DNA of 64,000 nt from positions 36,302 through 100,301 of the forward strand of contig JAKURL010000002.1 in NCBI GenBank assembly GCA_022449345.1, written 5' to 3'. Shown piece by piece: positions 42,001-50,995 of this stretch (the stretch's first letter is position 1; every line of letters starts with the position of its first letter). Below the pieces are notes generated by a model. The model worked only from the letters and a program-made list of their open reading frames with translations, was not told the DNA's origin and did no database searches. Made by a program: the position numbers and the translations under genes. The stretch is from Candidatus Thalassarchaeum sp. GTDB lineage: Archaea; Thermoplasmatota; Poseidoniia; Poseidoniales; Thalassarchaeaceae.

Positions 42001-44618
42001 CTTGGCATGCCTATAGATTGTATGTATGGGATTCGTCGGTTGACCCACTATGGGAACCAACTCAGGAAGACCTAGATTCATTCTCTACCTACATGAGATC
42101 CAACTTCTGGTCTCGCACAAATGCCACCATTACCCGAGCGGATAATGATGGACTAACCGAGCAATTGCGAGATGACCGTCAATACCGAGCAGCGGTGGTT
42201 ATCGAATATGCAGATGGCTCACTAGGTGTACCGATGGCATATCCTCACAATGTAACTCCGACTGATGAGATTCCAGCAGCCCCTGCTTGGATGACAGCTA
42301 ATCCAGTATCGGGAGGAGCAGCGGGTACCATCTTCCTAGAATGGGCCGCCTGTACAGAACTAGATCCGGATAGAGTAAGAATTTGGGCGGTCCAGCAGGA
42401 GATTACCAGTGCAGTAGGACTTTCTGACCCATTCGAATTCCATTGGAGTACCGGAAATACAACCGCCCTGCAGCTAGAAGGCGGAGTTGCTTACTGGTTT
42501 GCTGCAGTTTGTGTTGATGAGGCTGGACAGTCATCAATCGAGAACGCCACAATAATCGGACCTGTTGTTACTGCGGGTGGTTTGGATGATGGAATTCCAC
42601 CTGTTCCTATCACTGGAACAACAGCCATCGACGTTCCTAACGACGAAGGTGGTAGAATCAACGTCACTTGGGATGCAAATACCGAGGAGGACTGTACCTA
42701 CTACACGGTCTACACCTTGCCAGCCTCTGGCTGGCAACCCCCTTCAACGGTCGATGGTTGGCCAGTTGCAGGATATACAGACAGTTGTGAAACGACTTCG
42801 ATTATCATCGACTCTATAGGAGAAAGTAGTCTAATCGATGGAACGGTCTACTGGATAGGAGTAGTCGCTTACGATGATTGGGGCAATGGGGATGTCGACA
42901 ATGTATTGGTTGTCGACGCCACTCCTGAGGCAGATTTCGATGGTGAAGCGATACCACCAGACCGCGTAACTGGCCTCGAAGCTTGGGATTACCCAGATGA
43001 TGATGGAACGGCCATAGATATCCGTTGGAATCGCTCAGCCGCCGATGATTTCTCATTCTATACAGTCTGGGTATCCGAATACCCGTTGAATAATGTAACC
43101 GAGATATGGGAATTGTGTAGTGAAAATCCATCCTCGTGTGGTCTCGTTATCATTAACCAGCGTCAGTTTGGGGCAAATTTCCAGTTAGAATACACCGCGG
43201 AGAGAGCCCTTTACGGTAGTTCGGCAGATACCTTAGAGGCGACTCCAATCCACTCGATGATTCCGCTCTACGTGACAATCACCATTCACGATATCAGTGG
43301 AAATGTGCACCTAAGCGATCTTTCGGAACATATGGTCTTGGTCACTCCAATGGATAACCGTGGAGATATTTCTCCGCCAGACCGCCTAGAAGCGCCGGTA
43401 CTGAGAGATAGGCCCAACGATGCCGGAAATGCGATGTTCGTAGAATTCCAACAAAGTGATGCTTCTGACATTGCGGAATATTGGATTTACGCGGTAATTG
43501 ACACTCCAGTTCTATTGGAGAGAACCGATGACTTACACCCCGCGATGGTTATCGACAGGGAACAAGGTCTACCAGTTCTGCTAACCGAGTTCTCTGCTCA
43601 TGGAGATGACGAGGCGACACCACTGGTGCCAAACCGCCGAATTTACGTGGCGGTAGTCGCCGTTGATTCATCTGGCAATGCTTGGATGGACAACCTCGCT
43701 AGCACATGGATCGAGTTGTCCGACGAACTCTCCGCAGATCCATGTCCAGAGTGCCCAGATGTTAGTGGGCTACGGGCTAGTTGGAATGCTGCGGGTTCAC
43801 TGATTGAGGTAAATTGGGATAATGTCGAAGACCCGAAGTATGCAAGCTACTACGCCTTTGTCAGCCTTGACACATTCGATGATACACGTAACGCAACTTT
43901 GGTCAAGTCTGGAATGAGAGACACTATTTTGATTCTCAACGAATTCAACGGCGAGATGATTGACCGTGAAGAGAGATATTGGATTGAGATTGTAACTTGG
44001 AACGGCCAAGTCCACACATATCACGCCGACCCGATTGAGGTTTCACCTTGGGAGGAATCTTCCTTTGGTACAACCCAACCAGGAGATGATTCAGCAGGAG
44101 AGTCTTGGGTTGAGAGAATACTTGCAGGGGAGATGAACATGGTAATCCTCGCGCTATCGGTAGTAATGCTGCTAATCGGCGCACTGATGTTCATCAGACC
44201 AAGAGGAGAAGCGGCTCCAGAACCTTGGGAGATGGGCGCGCTCGAGGTCGAATTGGAAGAACAACTAGAGCGCGAGGCGGCAGGTCTCAGCGACGACGAA
44301 GAATTCGGCGTTGATGATTTGGAGATTGATGGTGGCTTGGTAGCCAATGCTCGGCGCAAAGACGGAGATGCTCCTGATTCAAGCGAGAGCGATTATACAG
44401 AGACAGCGGCGAGTGCTGGAGTACCTGTAGAAGAAGACCTCGGCCCAACACCATCTGCTGAAAGCGAGGTCATCGACGAATTACTCGGTGCCGAGGAAGA
44501 AGAATTAGATCTCGGCGATCTAGATGATATGGCCGATGACCTAAACTTGGATGAAAAGCCTGATGATGATTCCGAAGACGAGGATATTGACACCTCCTTC
44601 CTCGACGAGATGCTCTGA
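36030..44618 (+). CDS. giant secreted surface protein (2862 aa): signal peptide, many beta-propeller (Reg_prop/YVTN-like) repeats, FN3-like modules, a C-terminal TM anchor and an acidic cytoplasmic tail
   Basis: N-terminal signal; a repeating G..vW.GT..G.. pattern; C-terminal MVILALSVVMLLIGALMFI followed by a D/E-rich tail. Confidence 0.85.
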   Translation: MSIPPQLPSKRRYALLLAALMILLPWSAYSSVNELDSELETREVSQAAWGASGSNDTGWIDLIATGADPVNGSYAYSDLFLPFAPGAEISNLTFEIAVNGSAGYWANEPQLTLMDTQTPILDWRGYGDLGRQDEMENNPPTVLNGTLSTHLRPNSISDASWELPAGVTLTDMVIEALRPADPKISYSAVDIEIHDTAVNPVDGRLYLLLDDDLLHLDARAHKQIVDIETGIMGRSLAIDDDSGILLIGTEDGSVLSRSLSNSAILPDLRTSDGSQNAGIYAITVDDHGTIWAAGNCTIYYKPMGNVDWSDYDYCQSFNIETPSDILIIGDSVYLATTSSGVHIINYITASSSGSVSVSIDSQIDWSTQNFLSSNLITDLEIVGNNLLIATYDTGINRRDLTSQSWIATWSTNNWLASNQIHGLSLTPGWLHILAGTTIHAYDTNSLIFQSQNQLTSLGLYGNGAMAIPWPSHSVRGPITSTALFSDGSGTLGMQIGENPAGALTLVSSPSVEGMAVVSRINDGASGEIWVAGGKIIDRFDESDRAWEIPIDISDYVNNPGQIVAIEQDGNEKVWIGTTNAGVLRLENTDGTYIGTVSGLSSTHVTSLSYDDINGYLVVGHSQSGISIIDTNQMTLVDTITTSDGLDSDFINSVTTRFGIAYIATPDKGVMRIELSTSTIIGSWQSLGADNLDATPVAVDGDVVYIGLYEFGILVVDRLTGDISDHWTQDTNTLPDDDVLSLEMDDFGGLLVGSEGSFSRYDGSTWTTMTSSGQWWNQPSVFYDVTSDGDGLYAGTNRGACKWDWQYQFQDCVSSGDGLESRFVYTIEMLAPNRAYTGGNSGAGIVNMDNFSVIETWTAGDNTQRSRTVKVDDILYLGFENTGIARYDLTNNQWLTTWDGDQGYINDDDVTALVPGETYGTIWAGGDFGLTLIDVVNDVVLIAWDRGSNTNGPTLSNSIPADIEIYGDVLHYSTQRSTGWWGGGSDSIYRINLTTNSSMTTLEVNDQTGWTGVVNGIGVVNDQLWIGIRPSQTWNDGDGTIARWNMTNESWEEDLATIGNVLRVNARFLGDCFPLNTSSCELWVAYGNYILRRFNADTMMLLDEWVDVDGPIRGMTEFEGEYLFASMNGILRWNPVNETWLDSWTPGDGLPSSSEEEFYSMAVIENDLWLGTMESSGWNSNAQVLRKNGTDGNWTSWDLGTGDIPDGYPADIKLCDDIVHIAIGARFFWGNQGGVARYDFADHDSDSLTNEWISAMTSGSSGLSNNDPRAVACDESNDILYIAYDTEGVGIDRYNYNTDTYLSTLTSVDGISEDRIFPGGLLHDNNVLLAAHQFDNHGGISRLITSGTATANGQILDPGMDGCSIERAPSSTGQVAYAVGRSGQTTGLNRVDRLDSSGLIASGYDELTGLTSGRVMEIISNDTHVWVTSSLDSNSYYGSSILQGEILSNGSVRWEFGYNFREDIVNEMMLDGETLWVTTAGRGLKAIDLKQRRVTSTPPALHAQMDGMVLENGTMYVGLMGNQGSAAGFQMFNTQNAQWGHGSLIAGLPSNLVRDFIIYGDHIMIATHGGIGMYNTTRDDWDNPITTIDGLPSPIITHLHALNTTIQGGGKVLAGGAAGMTVLHQHNLSVLNTLGFNDGLMGNTVSGIVEAGPSSRVVQNADGTNTTLYHDASIFISHNGQGPTRPGVAAWDLATDMANGTYNIDMVPSNDIRAIVADDWGVHIATDVAPLVHWNGSMMQMETGVSTSSLLSWPPYEMHSDGQHIVVMSPRGLDVVDVDGRHNVVTSRVITGLQGGYVDFSGFYAVGNDGLHVYKPVISLQENSREHQRRADPLTVLYSGRNWDITNTTHPGMSTVLVTPDNPIEIPETSNVAAPGKLPMHVGTMTMMAPQRGAWVWAQSTSLNYTGSWDLATSNGGIQQAFQSAISAVGPGTSSAILHVQMQSPQDGAIQVRLTYDWERIEAPTVITKLEDRPNDGGGVIEASWLPAEDAAWHAYRLYVWDSSVDPLWEPTQEDLDSFSTYMRSNFWSRTNATITRADNDGLTEQLRDDRQYRAAVVIEYADGSLGVPMAYPHNVTPTDEIPAAPAWMTANPVSGGAAGTIFLEWAACTELDPDRVRIWAVQQEITSAVGLSDPFEFHWSTGNTTALQLEGGVAYWFAAVCVDEAGQSSIENATIIGPVVTAGGLDDGIPPVPITGTTAIDVPNDEGGRINVTWDANTEEDCTYYTVYTLPASGWQPPSTVDGWPVAGYTDSCETTSIIIDSIGESSLIDGTVYWIGVVAYDDWGNGDVDNVLVVDATPEADFDGEAIPPDRVTGLEAWDYPDDDGTAIDIRWNRSAADDFSFYTVWVSEYPLNNVTEIWELCSENPSSCGLVIINQRQFGANFQLEYTAERALYGSSADTLEATPIHSMIPLYVTITIHDISGNVHLSDLSEHMVLVTPMDNRGDISPPDRLEAPVLRDRPNDAGNAMFVEFQQSDASDIAEYWIYAVIDTPVLLERTDDLHPAMVIDREQGLPVLLTEFSAHGDDEATPLVPNRRIYVAVVAVDSSGNAWMDNLASTWIELSDELSADPCPECPDVSGLRASWNAAGSLIEVNWDNVEDPKYASYYAFVSLDTFDDTRNATLVKSGMRDTILILNEFNGEMIDREERYWIEIVTWNGQVHTYHADPIEVSPWEESSFGTTQPGDDSAGESWVERILAGEMNMVILALSVVMLLIGALMFIRPRGEAAPEPWEMGALEVELEEQLEREAAGLSDDEEFGVDDLEIDGGLVANARRKDGDAPDSSESDYTETAASAGVPVEEDLGPTPSAESEVIDELLGAEEEELDLGDLDDMADDLNLDEKPDDDSEDEDIDTSFLDEML

Positions 44619-44662
44619 TTGCATCAACATCGGATTGAAGCCCTCTTCATCTATCGAGGCCC

Positions 44663-45442
44663 ATGACCGGTGATCCGCGTTCCGAGATATTCACCACAGT
44701 CGCTTGGGATGGAGGAACGCGCTTGTTAGCAGCGGATTTGCATTTTGCTCGCTTTCACAGACACGCTGAGAGACTAGAATTCAATCTTCCAGATAACCTT
44801 CCAGAAATCGTCTTCGAAGCTCTCTCCATGGCAGAGATTCCTGGTGAGCCGGTGGTTGTAGAAAACCAAGCCCCATACCTAGTAAAAATCGGAATCAAAC
44901 CGAGTGGAGAGGTGGAATTAATCCCTCGCGTAAATGGGAAATGGCCGAGTCTAATGACTGCGATAAGTCGTGCAGCACCTCTCTGGGATGGTGAAGGTCG
45001 AGGTACTAAACATGGTGATTGGCAGCCATATATCGATGCCCGTGAGATTGCCAAAGAACACGGAGCAGAGATCTCCCTTCTATTCGATGAGGACAGTCTT
45101 GTAGACGGCGACCGCTGTATGCCAGTCTTGTTAGATAGCGATGGCGTAGCCTACTATCCCAAGCCGTCAGAAGGTGCTCTAGATTCGATAACACTGGAAC
45201 AAATCAGAGAGGGAATTGAGAGCGCTGGAATACCAATTCGCGAGGCGAGATTGACTCTCTCGATGTTACTTCGAGCCTCTGAAATGGTTGTATTAGGAAG
45301 CGGTCTTGGAGTTCAGGCATTAGGTGAAATTGATGGACGAGTAATCGGTCAACCGCATGGTAGATTGTATCAGGTGGCACTCGCTGCTTGGATGAAGAGA
45401 TTGCAAACCGCATGGATGAGTTTGGAAGATTTGGAGGGCTGA
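44663..45442 (+). CDS. pabC: class IV aminotransferase-fold protein, aminodeoxychorismate lyase-like
   Basis: FExxR..., TKHGDW..Y and LpGI..-like patterns; lies immediately upstream of pabBA. Confidence 0.55.
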   Translation: MTGDPRSEIFTTVAWDGGTRLLAADLHFARFHRHAERLEFNLPDNLPEIVFEALSMAEIPGEPVVVENQAPYLVKIGIKPSGEVELIPRVNGKWPSLMTAISRAAPLWDGEGRGTKHGDWQPYIDAREIAKEHGAEISLLFDEDSLVDGDRCMPVLLDSDGVAYYPKPSEGALDSITLEQIREGIESAGIPIREARLTLSMLLRASEMVVLGSGLGVQALGEIDGRVIGQPHGRLYQVALAAWMKRLQTAWMSLEDLEG

Positions 45443-45443
45443 G

Positions 45444-47690
45444 ATGCAGGTTGTTGAACGCGTTGAGAACACCTCGCATGAATCTCCACTAATTGCGATG
45501 GTAAAGGCAGGAAATCGCGACCGCGATGAATTGCTCCTTCACTCGGGCGGGCCGGTCACCGACTTATCACAAAACTCGATGCTACCCGCCTTGGACAGCA
45601 TTCGCTTTCTATTCTTTGAGCCACATGGTGAAGACACACCCGAAGGCTCTCCACTGCAGGGTGAAGTCTGCCTAGGTTCTCCTCCTCCTCTGAATTTGGT
45701 TCGCCAACGCTTAGTGGATGGGCGCTGGCAGACTGAGGAAGAGTACAACCCATCCACATTGGAGCAAGCACTGTCCATTGTGGCTGAACAGGAAATCGCA
45801 GCACAGGTCAGCGAAAACTATCCGATTACTCCGGGTGGATTCGCTGGCTTGCTTGGATATGATCTCGGTCGCTGGTCAAATGTAATTCGATTGAGTAATA
45901 CACCACAACCCGGCATCCTGCTTGGTGTATTGTGGAGATGCGATGCGTGGTGGATACACGAGCGCGAGAGGGAACAATTGCGACTTCTAGCTCTCGAAGG
46001 TCATGATTGGTTGAATCAAGAATTGCCGGAACTTGCCGAATTGCAAATTCCATCAAAACTCGAATCGCGAGTTCCGGACAGCGAGAGCGATTCCGACCAT
46101 GCTAGAAAGGTAGAGCGAATACGTGAGGCGATTCGTGGCGGCCATCTCTACCAAGTTAACTACGGTCGCAGATGGCAAGGAGAAATGCAAGGTCATCCGT
46201 GGGACACATTCCTGCGAATGACTCGTTCTAACCCCGCTCCATTCGCCTCTTGGCTGCACTTAGCCGACCACGGCTGGGCGGTCGCGTCCGCCTCTCCAGA
46301 ACGATTGATGAGACTAGATTTCGGAGTCGTCTCAACACGACCGATTAAGGGAACTCGAGCAAGGGGTTCAAGCGAGGAGGAAGATTCTGCATTACGTCTT
46401 GAATTAGCCTCGTCAGAAAAAGAAATGGCGGAGCATTTGATGCTGGTAGATTTGGAGCGCCATGACCTTTCATCGGTTTGTGAATCCGGATCCGTACATT
46501 GGTCAGAATGTCGCATTGAAGCGCTGGCAAATGTTCAGCATTTGGTATCTGGAGTCGAAGGAAAACTTAGTTCGAAATCGAGCGCTGGAAAGTCTCTCGC
46601 TGCCCTTTTCCCAGGCGGCTCAATTACAGGTTGTCCAAAGGTTGTAACAATGGCTGCTATCGACCAACTTGAGGGGACTCCGCGTAGTGCTTGGACAGGT
46701 TCTGTCGGCCACCTTAATCAAGGCGCGGGACAGGCCGATTGGAACATACTAATTCGCACTATGGAGGCTCACAGTGGTCCAGATTCATGGTATGCTACGG
46801 TTCAGGCCGGCGGCGGTGTTGTAATTGATTCTAATCCCGCCGCCGAGGTCGAGGAAGCTCGCTGGAAGGCAGCTGCAGTTACCGAAGCGACATGGGGATT
46901 CCGTACTGGATTTAGCAGTGAAGAACTGCCGGAGAGAAAAGTAGGAATCCTCCCTCTCCCGAAAGTCGAAGGTGCATTGGGCAGAATCACCCCAGGGCTG
47001 CTAAAGAAATTCGAGTCGCAAACGGATGCCCATGTCCTATTGGTAGACAATCTCGATTCCTTTACCAATAATATCGCCGAATCACTACACAGACTTGGAG
47101 CAAGGGTTACTATTGTCGAAGGGCGGCCTGCTCAAGACCTCGATGTGAGTGCCCAAGTCGACACTTGGCTCACCACCCATCGTCCAACTCACATCGTACT
47201 AGGGCCGGGACCATCTCGGCCAGAGGTGTCTCCACTAAGTATGGAAATTGCCGACAGAGCATTACAAAATCGACTGAGTATTTCGGACTCACCAATTCCA
47301 CTTCTAGGTTGGTGCTTAGGCCACCAAGCGATTGGTCTTGCAGCAGGATGGGATCTGATTGAATCTCCTATGGGGGCCGTTCATGGAGTTCCTTCAAGAA
47401 TCACACATGACGGCTCAGGCCTATTCCAAAGCGCCCCTGAAAATGTTGTAATGATGCGCTACAATAGTCTGGTACTGGAATCAACAAATGACTATATCAG
47501 AGCAAATTCATGGGATGAGTCTGGCTCTCTCATTATGGGAATAAGTCACCCTCATCTTCCGATTGAGGGAGTTCAATTTCATCCCGAATCAGTGGGTAGC
47601 CCTGATGGGCTTGCTCTGCTAAAATCATTCCTCAATATCTCAACCGAAGTTAGCAAGCCCGAGGCCAAGAAACAGGTTAGACAACCGTAG
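45444..47690 (+). CDS. pabBA: aminodeoxychorismate/anthranilate synthase fusion: chorismate-binding component I plus a class-I glutamine amidotransferase (PabB-PabA)
   Basis: Chorismate-binding motifs (LVDLERHD, PGGSITGCPK); C-terminal GATase (GWCLGHQAIG, HPES). Confidence 0.75.
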   Translation: MQVVERVENTSHESPLIAMVKAGNRDRDELLLHSGGPVTDLSQNSMLPALDSIRFLFFEPHGEDTPEGSPLQGEVCLGSPPPLNLVRQRLVDGRWQTEEEYNPSTLEQALSIVAEQEIAAQVSENYPITPGGFAGLLGYDLGRWSNVIRLSNTPQPGILLGVLWRCDAWWIHEREREQLRLLALEGHDWLNQELPELAELQIPSKLESRVPDSESDSDHARKVERIREAIRGGHLYQVNYGRRWQGEMQGHPWDTFLRMTRSNPAPFASWLHLADHGWAVASASPERLMRLDFGVVSTRPIKGTRARGSSEEEDSALRLELASSEKEMAEHLMLVDLERHDLSSVCESGSVHWSECRIEALANVQHLVSGVEGKLSSKSSAGKSLAALFPGGSITGCPKVVTMAAIDQLEGTPRSAWTGSVGHLNQGAGQADWNILIRTMEAHSGPDSWYATVQAGGGVVIDSNPAAEVEEARWKAAAVTEATWGFRTGFSSEELPERKVGILPLPKVEGALGRITPGLLKKFESQTDAHVLLVDNLDSFTNNIAESLHRLGARVTIVEGRPAQDLDVSAQVDTWLTTHRPTHIVLGPGPSRPEVSPLSMEIADRALQNRLSISDSPIPLLGWCLGHQAIGLAAGWDLIESPMGAVHGVPSRITHDGSGLFQSAPENVVMMRYNSLVLESTNDYIRANSWDESGSLIMGISHPHLPIEGVQFHPESVGSPDGLALLKSFLNISTEVSKPEAKKQVRQP

Positions 47691-47692
47691 CG

Positions 47693-48091
47693 TTGAAGGA
47701 GCGGTATTCGCTGGCTGGGTTGACGTCTATGCCAGTCTGTCGAATGTGCACCCAAAACTACCCGAACTCTCAGTTCGTAAGTGGTAATGGCCCACGCTAC
47801 CAAGTTTGCGTTCGCTGCGCTACCGAGAATGATATGCTGGCTGAGGGAGAGGAGACAGCACTCTACTCAGACGAACTAGTTCGAGCTCGCTCGGCACTAT
47901 TCGCTCGACGCTACAGACCGTGGGCTTTTCTTGGAGCAGGATGGTTACTCTTCTTCACCTATGGATCTGGAATCGAATTGTGGTCGAACATACTGCTAGG
48001 CACTCTAGTTCTCGGAACACTGGCAACTCCAGTGCTTCACTTCATGACATCGACGAAATTCAAGGCAGAACTCGCCGGACTAACTCCCTGA
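47693..48091 (+). CDS. small membrane protein with an N-terminal zinc ribbon
   Basis: CRMC...CVRC followed by two TM helices. Confidence 0.45.
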   Translation: MKERYSLAGLTSMPVCRMCTQNYPNSQFVSGNGPRYQVCVRCATENDMLAEGEETALYSDELVRARSALFARRYRPWAFLGAGWLLFFTYGSGIELWSNILLGTLVLGTLATPVLHFMTSTKFKAELAGLTP

Positions 48092-48141
48092 GGGTAAATT
48101 ATCCAGTTTCCTACCCAATCAGCCTCGGGAACTCTTGAAAT

Positions 48142-48156
48142 AGCCCCGTAGGGGCT
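48142..48156 (+). terminator. 6-bp GC hairpin (agcccc-gta-ggggct) 3' of the 47693-48091 gene; same 13-nt core as at 22368-22382
   Basis: Perfect stem; about 50 nt after the stop codon. Confidence 0.3.
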
Positions 48157-48431
48157 GAGAATTCAGAGGGAACGGTGGGTTCCCTATGAAAGCCCGTGAG
48201 ATTGGATGCGTAAAAGAGGAGGAGCAAACGAAGTAATACAGCAGTTCCACAATAACCGTGAATGGAGCGCAGTGCAGCGTTTAGAACGGTCGTGGAAGGC
48301 ATACCCAGTGGGCTCCCAAATAGCATCCATCACTCCCGGACGAATCGGCTTCGCGCAAGGACGAGCGCGAGCATTCGCTGGAAAGAGAGAACAGCGGGTT
48401 CTCTGAACTGATTTTTGGAAGTGAAAAGAAA

Positions 48432-49850
48432 ATGCAGAAAACAAAGAATGCGAGCATGATGATTGCGCTGCTCCTTGTTTTGATGGCTGGTTCCGTTGGC
48501 GTTTCCGCCGATGGTTCTGACCCACTCGACCCCTCCGACGGAGGGGCCGACTGGGACGGAGACGGCCTGACAAACGCAGAGGAGACAGCTGAAGGCACGG
48601 ACCCCACCAACCCCGACACTGACAACGATGGTCTACCGGACGGTTGGGAGGTTGCATACGGACTAAATCCAAACTCGGCTAGTGACGCTAACGCGGACCC
48701 AGACGGTGATGGATTGACGAACTCTCAGGAGTACGCGTCCGGAACCAACCCCAACGCGGCTGACACCGACGGTGATGGGCAGAACGACGCAAGCGATCCT
48801 TTCCCGAACGATCCGAACAACGGATCGATGTCGGATTCGGATGGCGACGGTATCCCAGATGCGTATGATCCGGACTACGGTGACAACGGAGAGGGAACTG
48901 GAGACGGCGGAACTGACGGTGGCGGAGATTCCGACCAAGACGGAGAGGGCCAAGGTCAGAACCAAGGATCCCAATCCGGTCAAGACGGTCAGCAGGGCAG
49001 CGGTCAGCAGGGTGGAGAACAATCCAACCAGCAAGACAACGGCCAAGGCCAGCAGCAAGGCGGAGAACAATCCGGCCAGCAGGGTGACCAAGAGAGTCAA
49101 GACCAGAATGGTAACAACCAGAATGGTCAGAACCAGCAGCAGCAAGGCCAGACCCAAGACAACAGTCAGGGTCAGCAGGGCCAGCAGTCCGACCAGCAGC
49201 AGAGTCAGCAGCTCGACAACCAAGACCAGAACGGTGAGAACGACAACGATGGCGATGGTATCCCAGACGACCTGGACTTCGATGATGACCAGGACGGCAT
49301 CCCCGACAATGTGGATGAATTCCCTGAGGACCACGACAACGACGGCATCAATGACGCTGAGGATGATGATGACGATGGCGACGGCATAGACGACCGCGAG
49401 GAAGTCAATGACGGCGATCCTAACTCAGATATCTACGATCACGACAACGATGGCGTTCGCGACAACATCGATTTCGACATCGACAATGACGGCATCGACA
49501 ATTGGAATGACGTTGGACCGAACGGTGAGGACTACTCACGCGATCACGACAACGACGGACTAAATGACGGAGTCGACCCAGACGACGATAACGACGACAT
49601 CCTAGATGTCGACGAGATCGACGGCGCTATCGGTCTCTGGAGATACGACCACGACAACGATGGTCTAACCGACAGAGTCGATACCGATGACGACAACGAC
49701 GGACTTTCCGACTGGTTCGAGCAGAACGATGGCTGGGATAACACCGGCCAGTTCGATCACGACAACGACGGCATCCCAGATCATCTGGATGACGACGATG
49801 ACGCCGACGGCATCCTCGATGAGGATGAAAACGACGGCAGCCTACTGTGA
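48432..49850 (+). CDS. secreted, highly acidic protein with thrombospondin-type-3-like Ca-binding Asp repeats (DxDxDGxxDxxD) flanking a Q/G/N-rich low-complexity core
   Basis: Signal peptide; at least 12 repeats of the DHDNDG..D..D / DTDGDG type; a roughly 100-aa Q/G/N/S tract. Confidence 0.75.
   Translation: MQKTKNASMMIALLLVLMAGSVGVSADGSDPLDPSDGGADWDGDGLTNAEETAEGTDPTNPDTDNDGLPDGWEVAYGLNPNSASDANADPDGDGLTNSQEYASGTNPNAADTDGDGQNDASDPFPNDPNNGSMSDSDGDGIPDAYDPDYGDNGEGTGDGGTDGGGDSDQDGEGQGQNQGSQSGQDGQQGSGQQGGEQSNQQDNGQGQQQGGEQSGQQGDQESQDQNGNNQNGQNQQQQGQTQDNSQGQQGQQSDQQQSQQLDNQDQNGENDNDGDGIPDDLDFDDDQDGIPDNVDEFPEDHDNDGINDAEDDDDDGDGIDDREEVNDGDPNSDIYDHDNDGVRDNIDFDIDNDGIDNWNDVGPNGEDYSRDHDNDGLNDGVDPDDDNDDILDVDEIDGAIGLWRYDHDNDGLTDRVDTDDDNDGLSDWFEQNDGWDNTGQFDHDNDGIPDHLDDDDDADGILDEDENDGSLL
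49240..49840 (+). repeat. DNA-level tandem degenerate repeats (gaccacgacaacgacggc...) encoding the Asp-repeat units
   Basis: The gacaacgacgg / gatgacgacg motifs recur many times; explains the spurious antisense ORFs. Confidence 0.6.
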
Positions 49851-49958
49851 TACAGTAGCGCTGGTCGATTATTGCTCAGGCCCGCGGTCCGTTGATTCGC
49901 GGTGACAGGTTCCCTAGGGGTGATTCAGTCCCTAGGCGAACCGCCCCTTTTTCCATCC

Positions 49959-50972
49959 TCAGAAATCGAAGAGGGTTGGTTGATTTTCGGACTTCAGATG
50001 ATTTGCTGATGCTAGTCTGTCTAGGGCTCTCTGCAATCTACCATCAGAGAATCCATATTCACCTTGTAGGAATTCACGTAAGTCCTTCTCAACGGCACGC
50101 TGCGCTTGGGGAATAGGATCTGGATGAACAGGATGATTGAGAAATAACCCTCGTATAGTTTCGATATCCTCTGGCATTTCGAATTCCTTCACTTCAGCAA
50201 CCGCTTCCATTGTACCATGTTCTTTGATTAGTTTCAGACCAGTTTTTGGACCAATTCCCTTGATTCCAGGGTGGAAGTCGGTTCCAATCATTATCGCAAG
50301 GTCAACCAGTTGCTCTTTAGTAATCTCGTGAGTGTCGAGCATTTCCTTCAATACAACCTTCTCAGCGGTTAGTACACGGCCGAATTTCTTGCGTCCGTGA
50401 CTGGTTAGATTCCGAATCATTACAGGAGATCCATACAGAAGAGTGTCCCAATCTTGGCTAGCAACAGCGGCTACCTCTCCATTCGCACAACGAACCGCTC
50501 CTGCGCCTTCAGCTTCCATCGGTGCCTCAATCCAGACTAGGCCTAGGCAATCGAATAGCCGCTTGGTCTCGGCGACCATGGCACGAGTGTATTCAGCGGT
50601 CTGTGGGCCGAGTTTCTTTGCGAGAGCCATGTCTCCCGCCTCAACGGCAGCTTCCCACTTTTCTACAGCCTCGACTTTACGCTCCTTTCTTCCGGCAAGT
50701 GTTTCCAACTTCAGGTCATGTGGACGACCATCAAAGATGAATACCGGCTCGATTCCATTCTCTAGCATCCAGGTCGCTCGATCAAGAAATCCCATCAGAT
50801 GAGCAACAGGCTTTCCATTGAAGGAAAGCGGCTTACCATCTTGGCCGACAAGGCTAGTGATGAATTGGTAGGCATTCAGGAATACGTCGACGGCAATTTT
50901 CTGACCCGCCATCTCATTCAATTCTAGAGGGTGTGCGGTTGCTAAATCTCTCAAATTACAGCCCAGATTCAC
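49959..50972 (-). CDS. fen: flap endonuclease 1
   Basis: XPG-N and XPG-I domains; N-terminus ...LAGKKIAIDALNAIYQF-like (here MAGQKIAVDVFLNAYQF). Confidence 0.9.
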   Translation of the reverse strand: MNLGCNLRDLATAHPLELNEMAGQKIAVDVFLNAYQFITSLVGQDGKPLSFNGKPVAHLMGFLDRATWMLENGIEPVFIFDGRPHDLKLETLAGRKERKVEAVEKWEAAVEAGDMALAKKLGPQTAEYTRAMVAETKRLFDCLGLVWIEAPMEAEGAGAVRCANGEVAAVASQDWDTLLYGSPVMIRNLTSHGRKKFGRVLTAEKVVLKEMLDTHEITKEQLVDLAIMIGTDFHPGIKGIGPKTGLKLIKEHGTMEAVAEVKEFEMPEDIETIRGLFLNHPVHPDPIPQAQRAVEKDLREFLQGEYGFSDGRLQRALDRLASANHLKSENQPTLFDF

Positions 50973-50995
50973 TCCCCCCTGCCGATGGCTAGCCT

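Noticed and set aside
48663-49389. Long ORFs antisense to or frame-shifted within the Asp-repeat gene (48663-49334 -, 48772-49389 +)
   Set aside because: They are artefacts of the low-complexity tandem repeats. Their translations are V/L/T-rich or R/T-rich nonsense with no start context.
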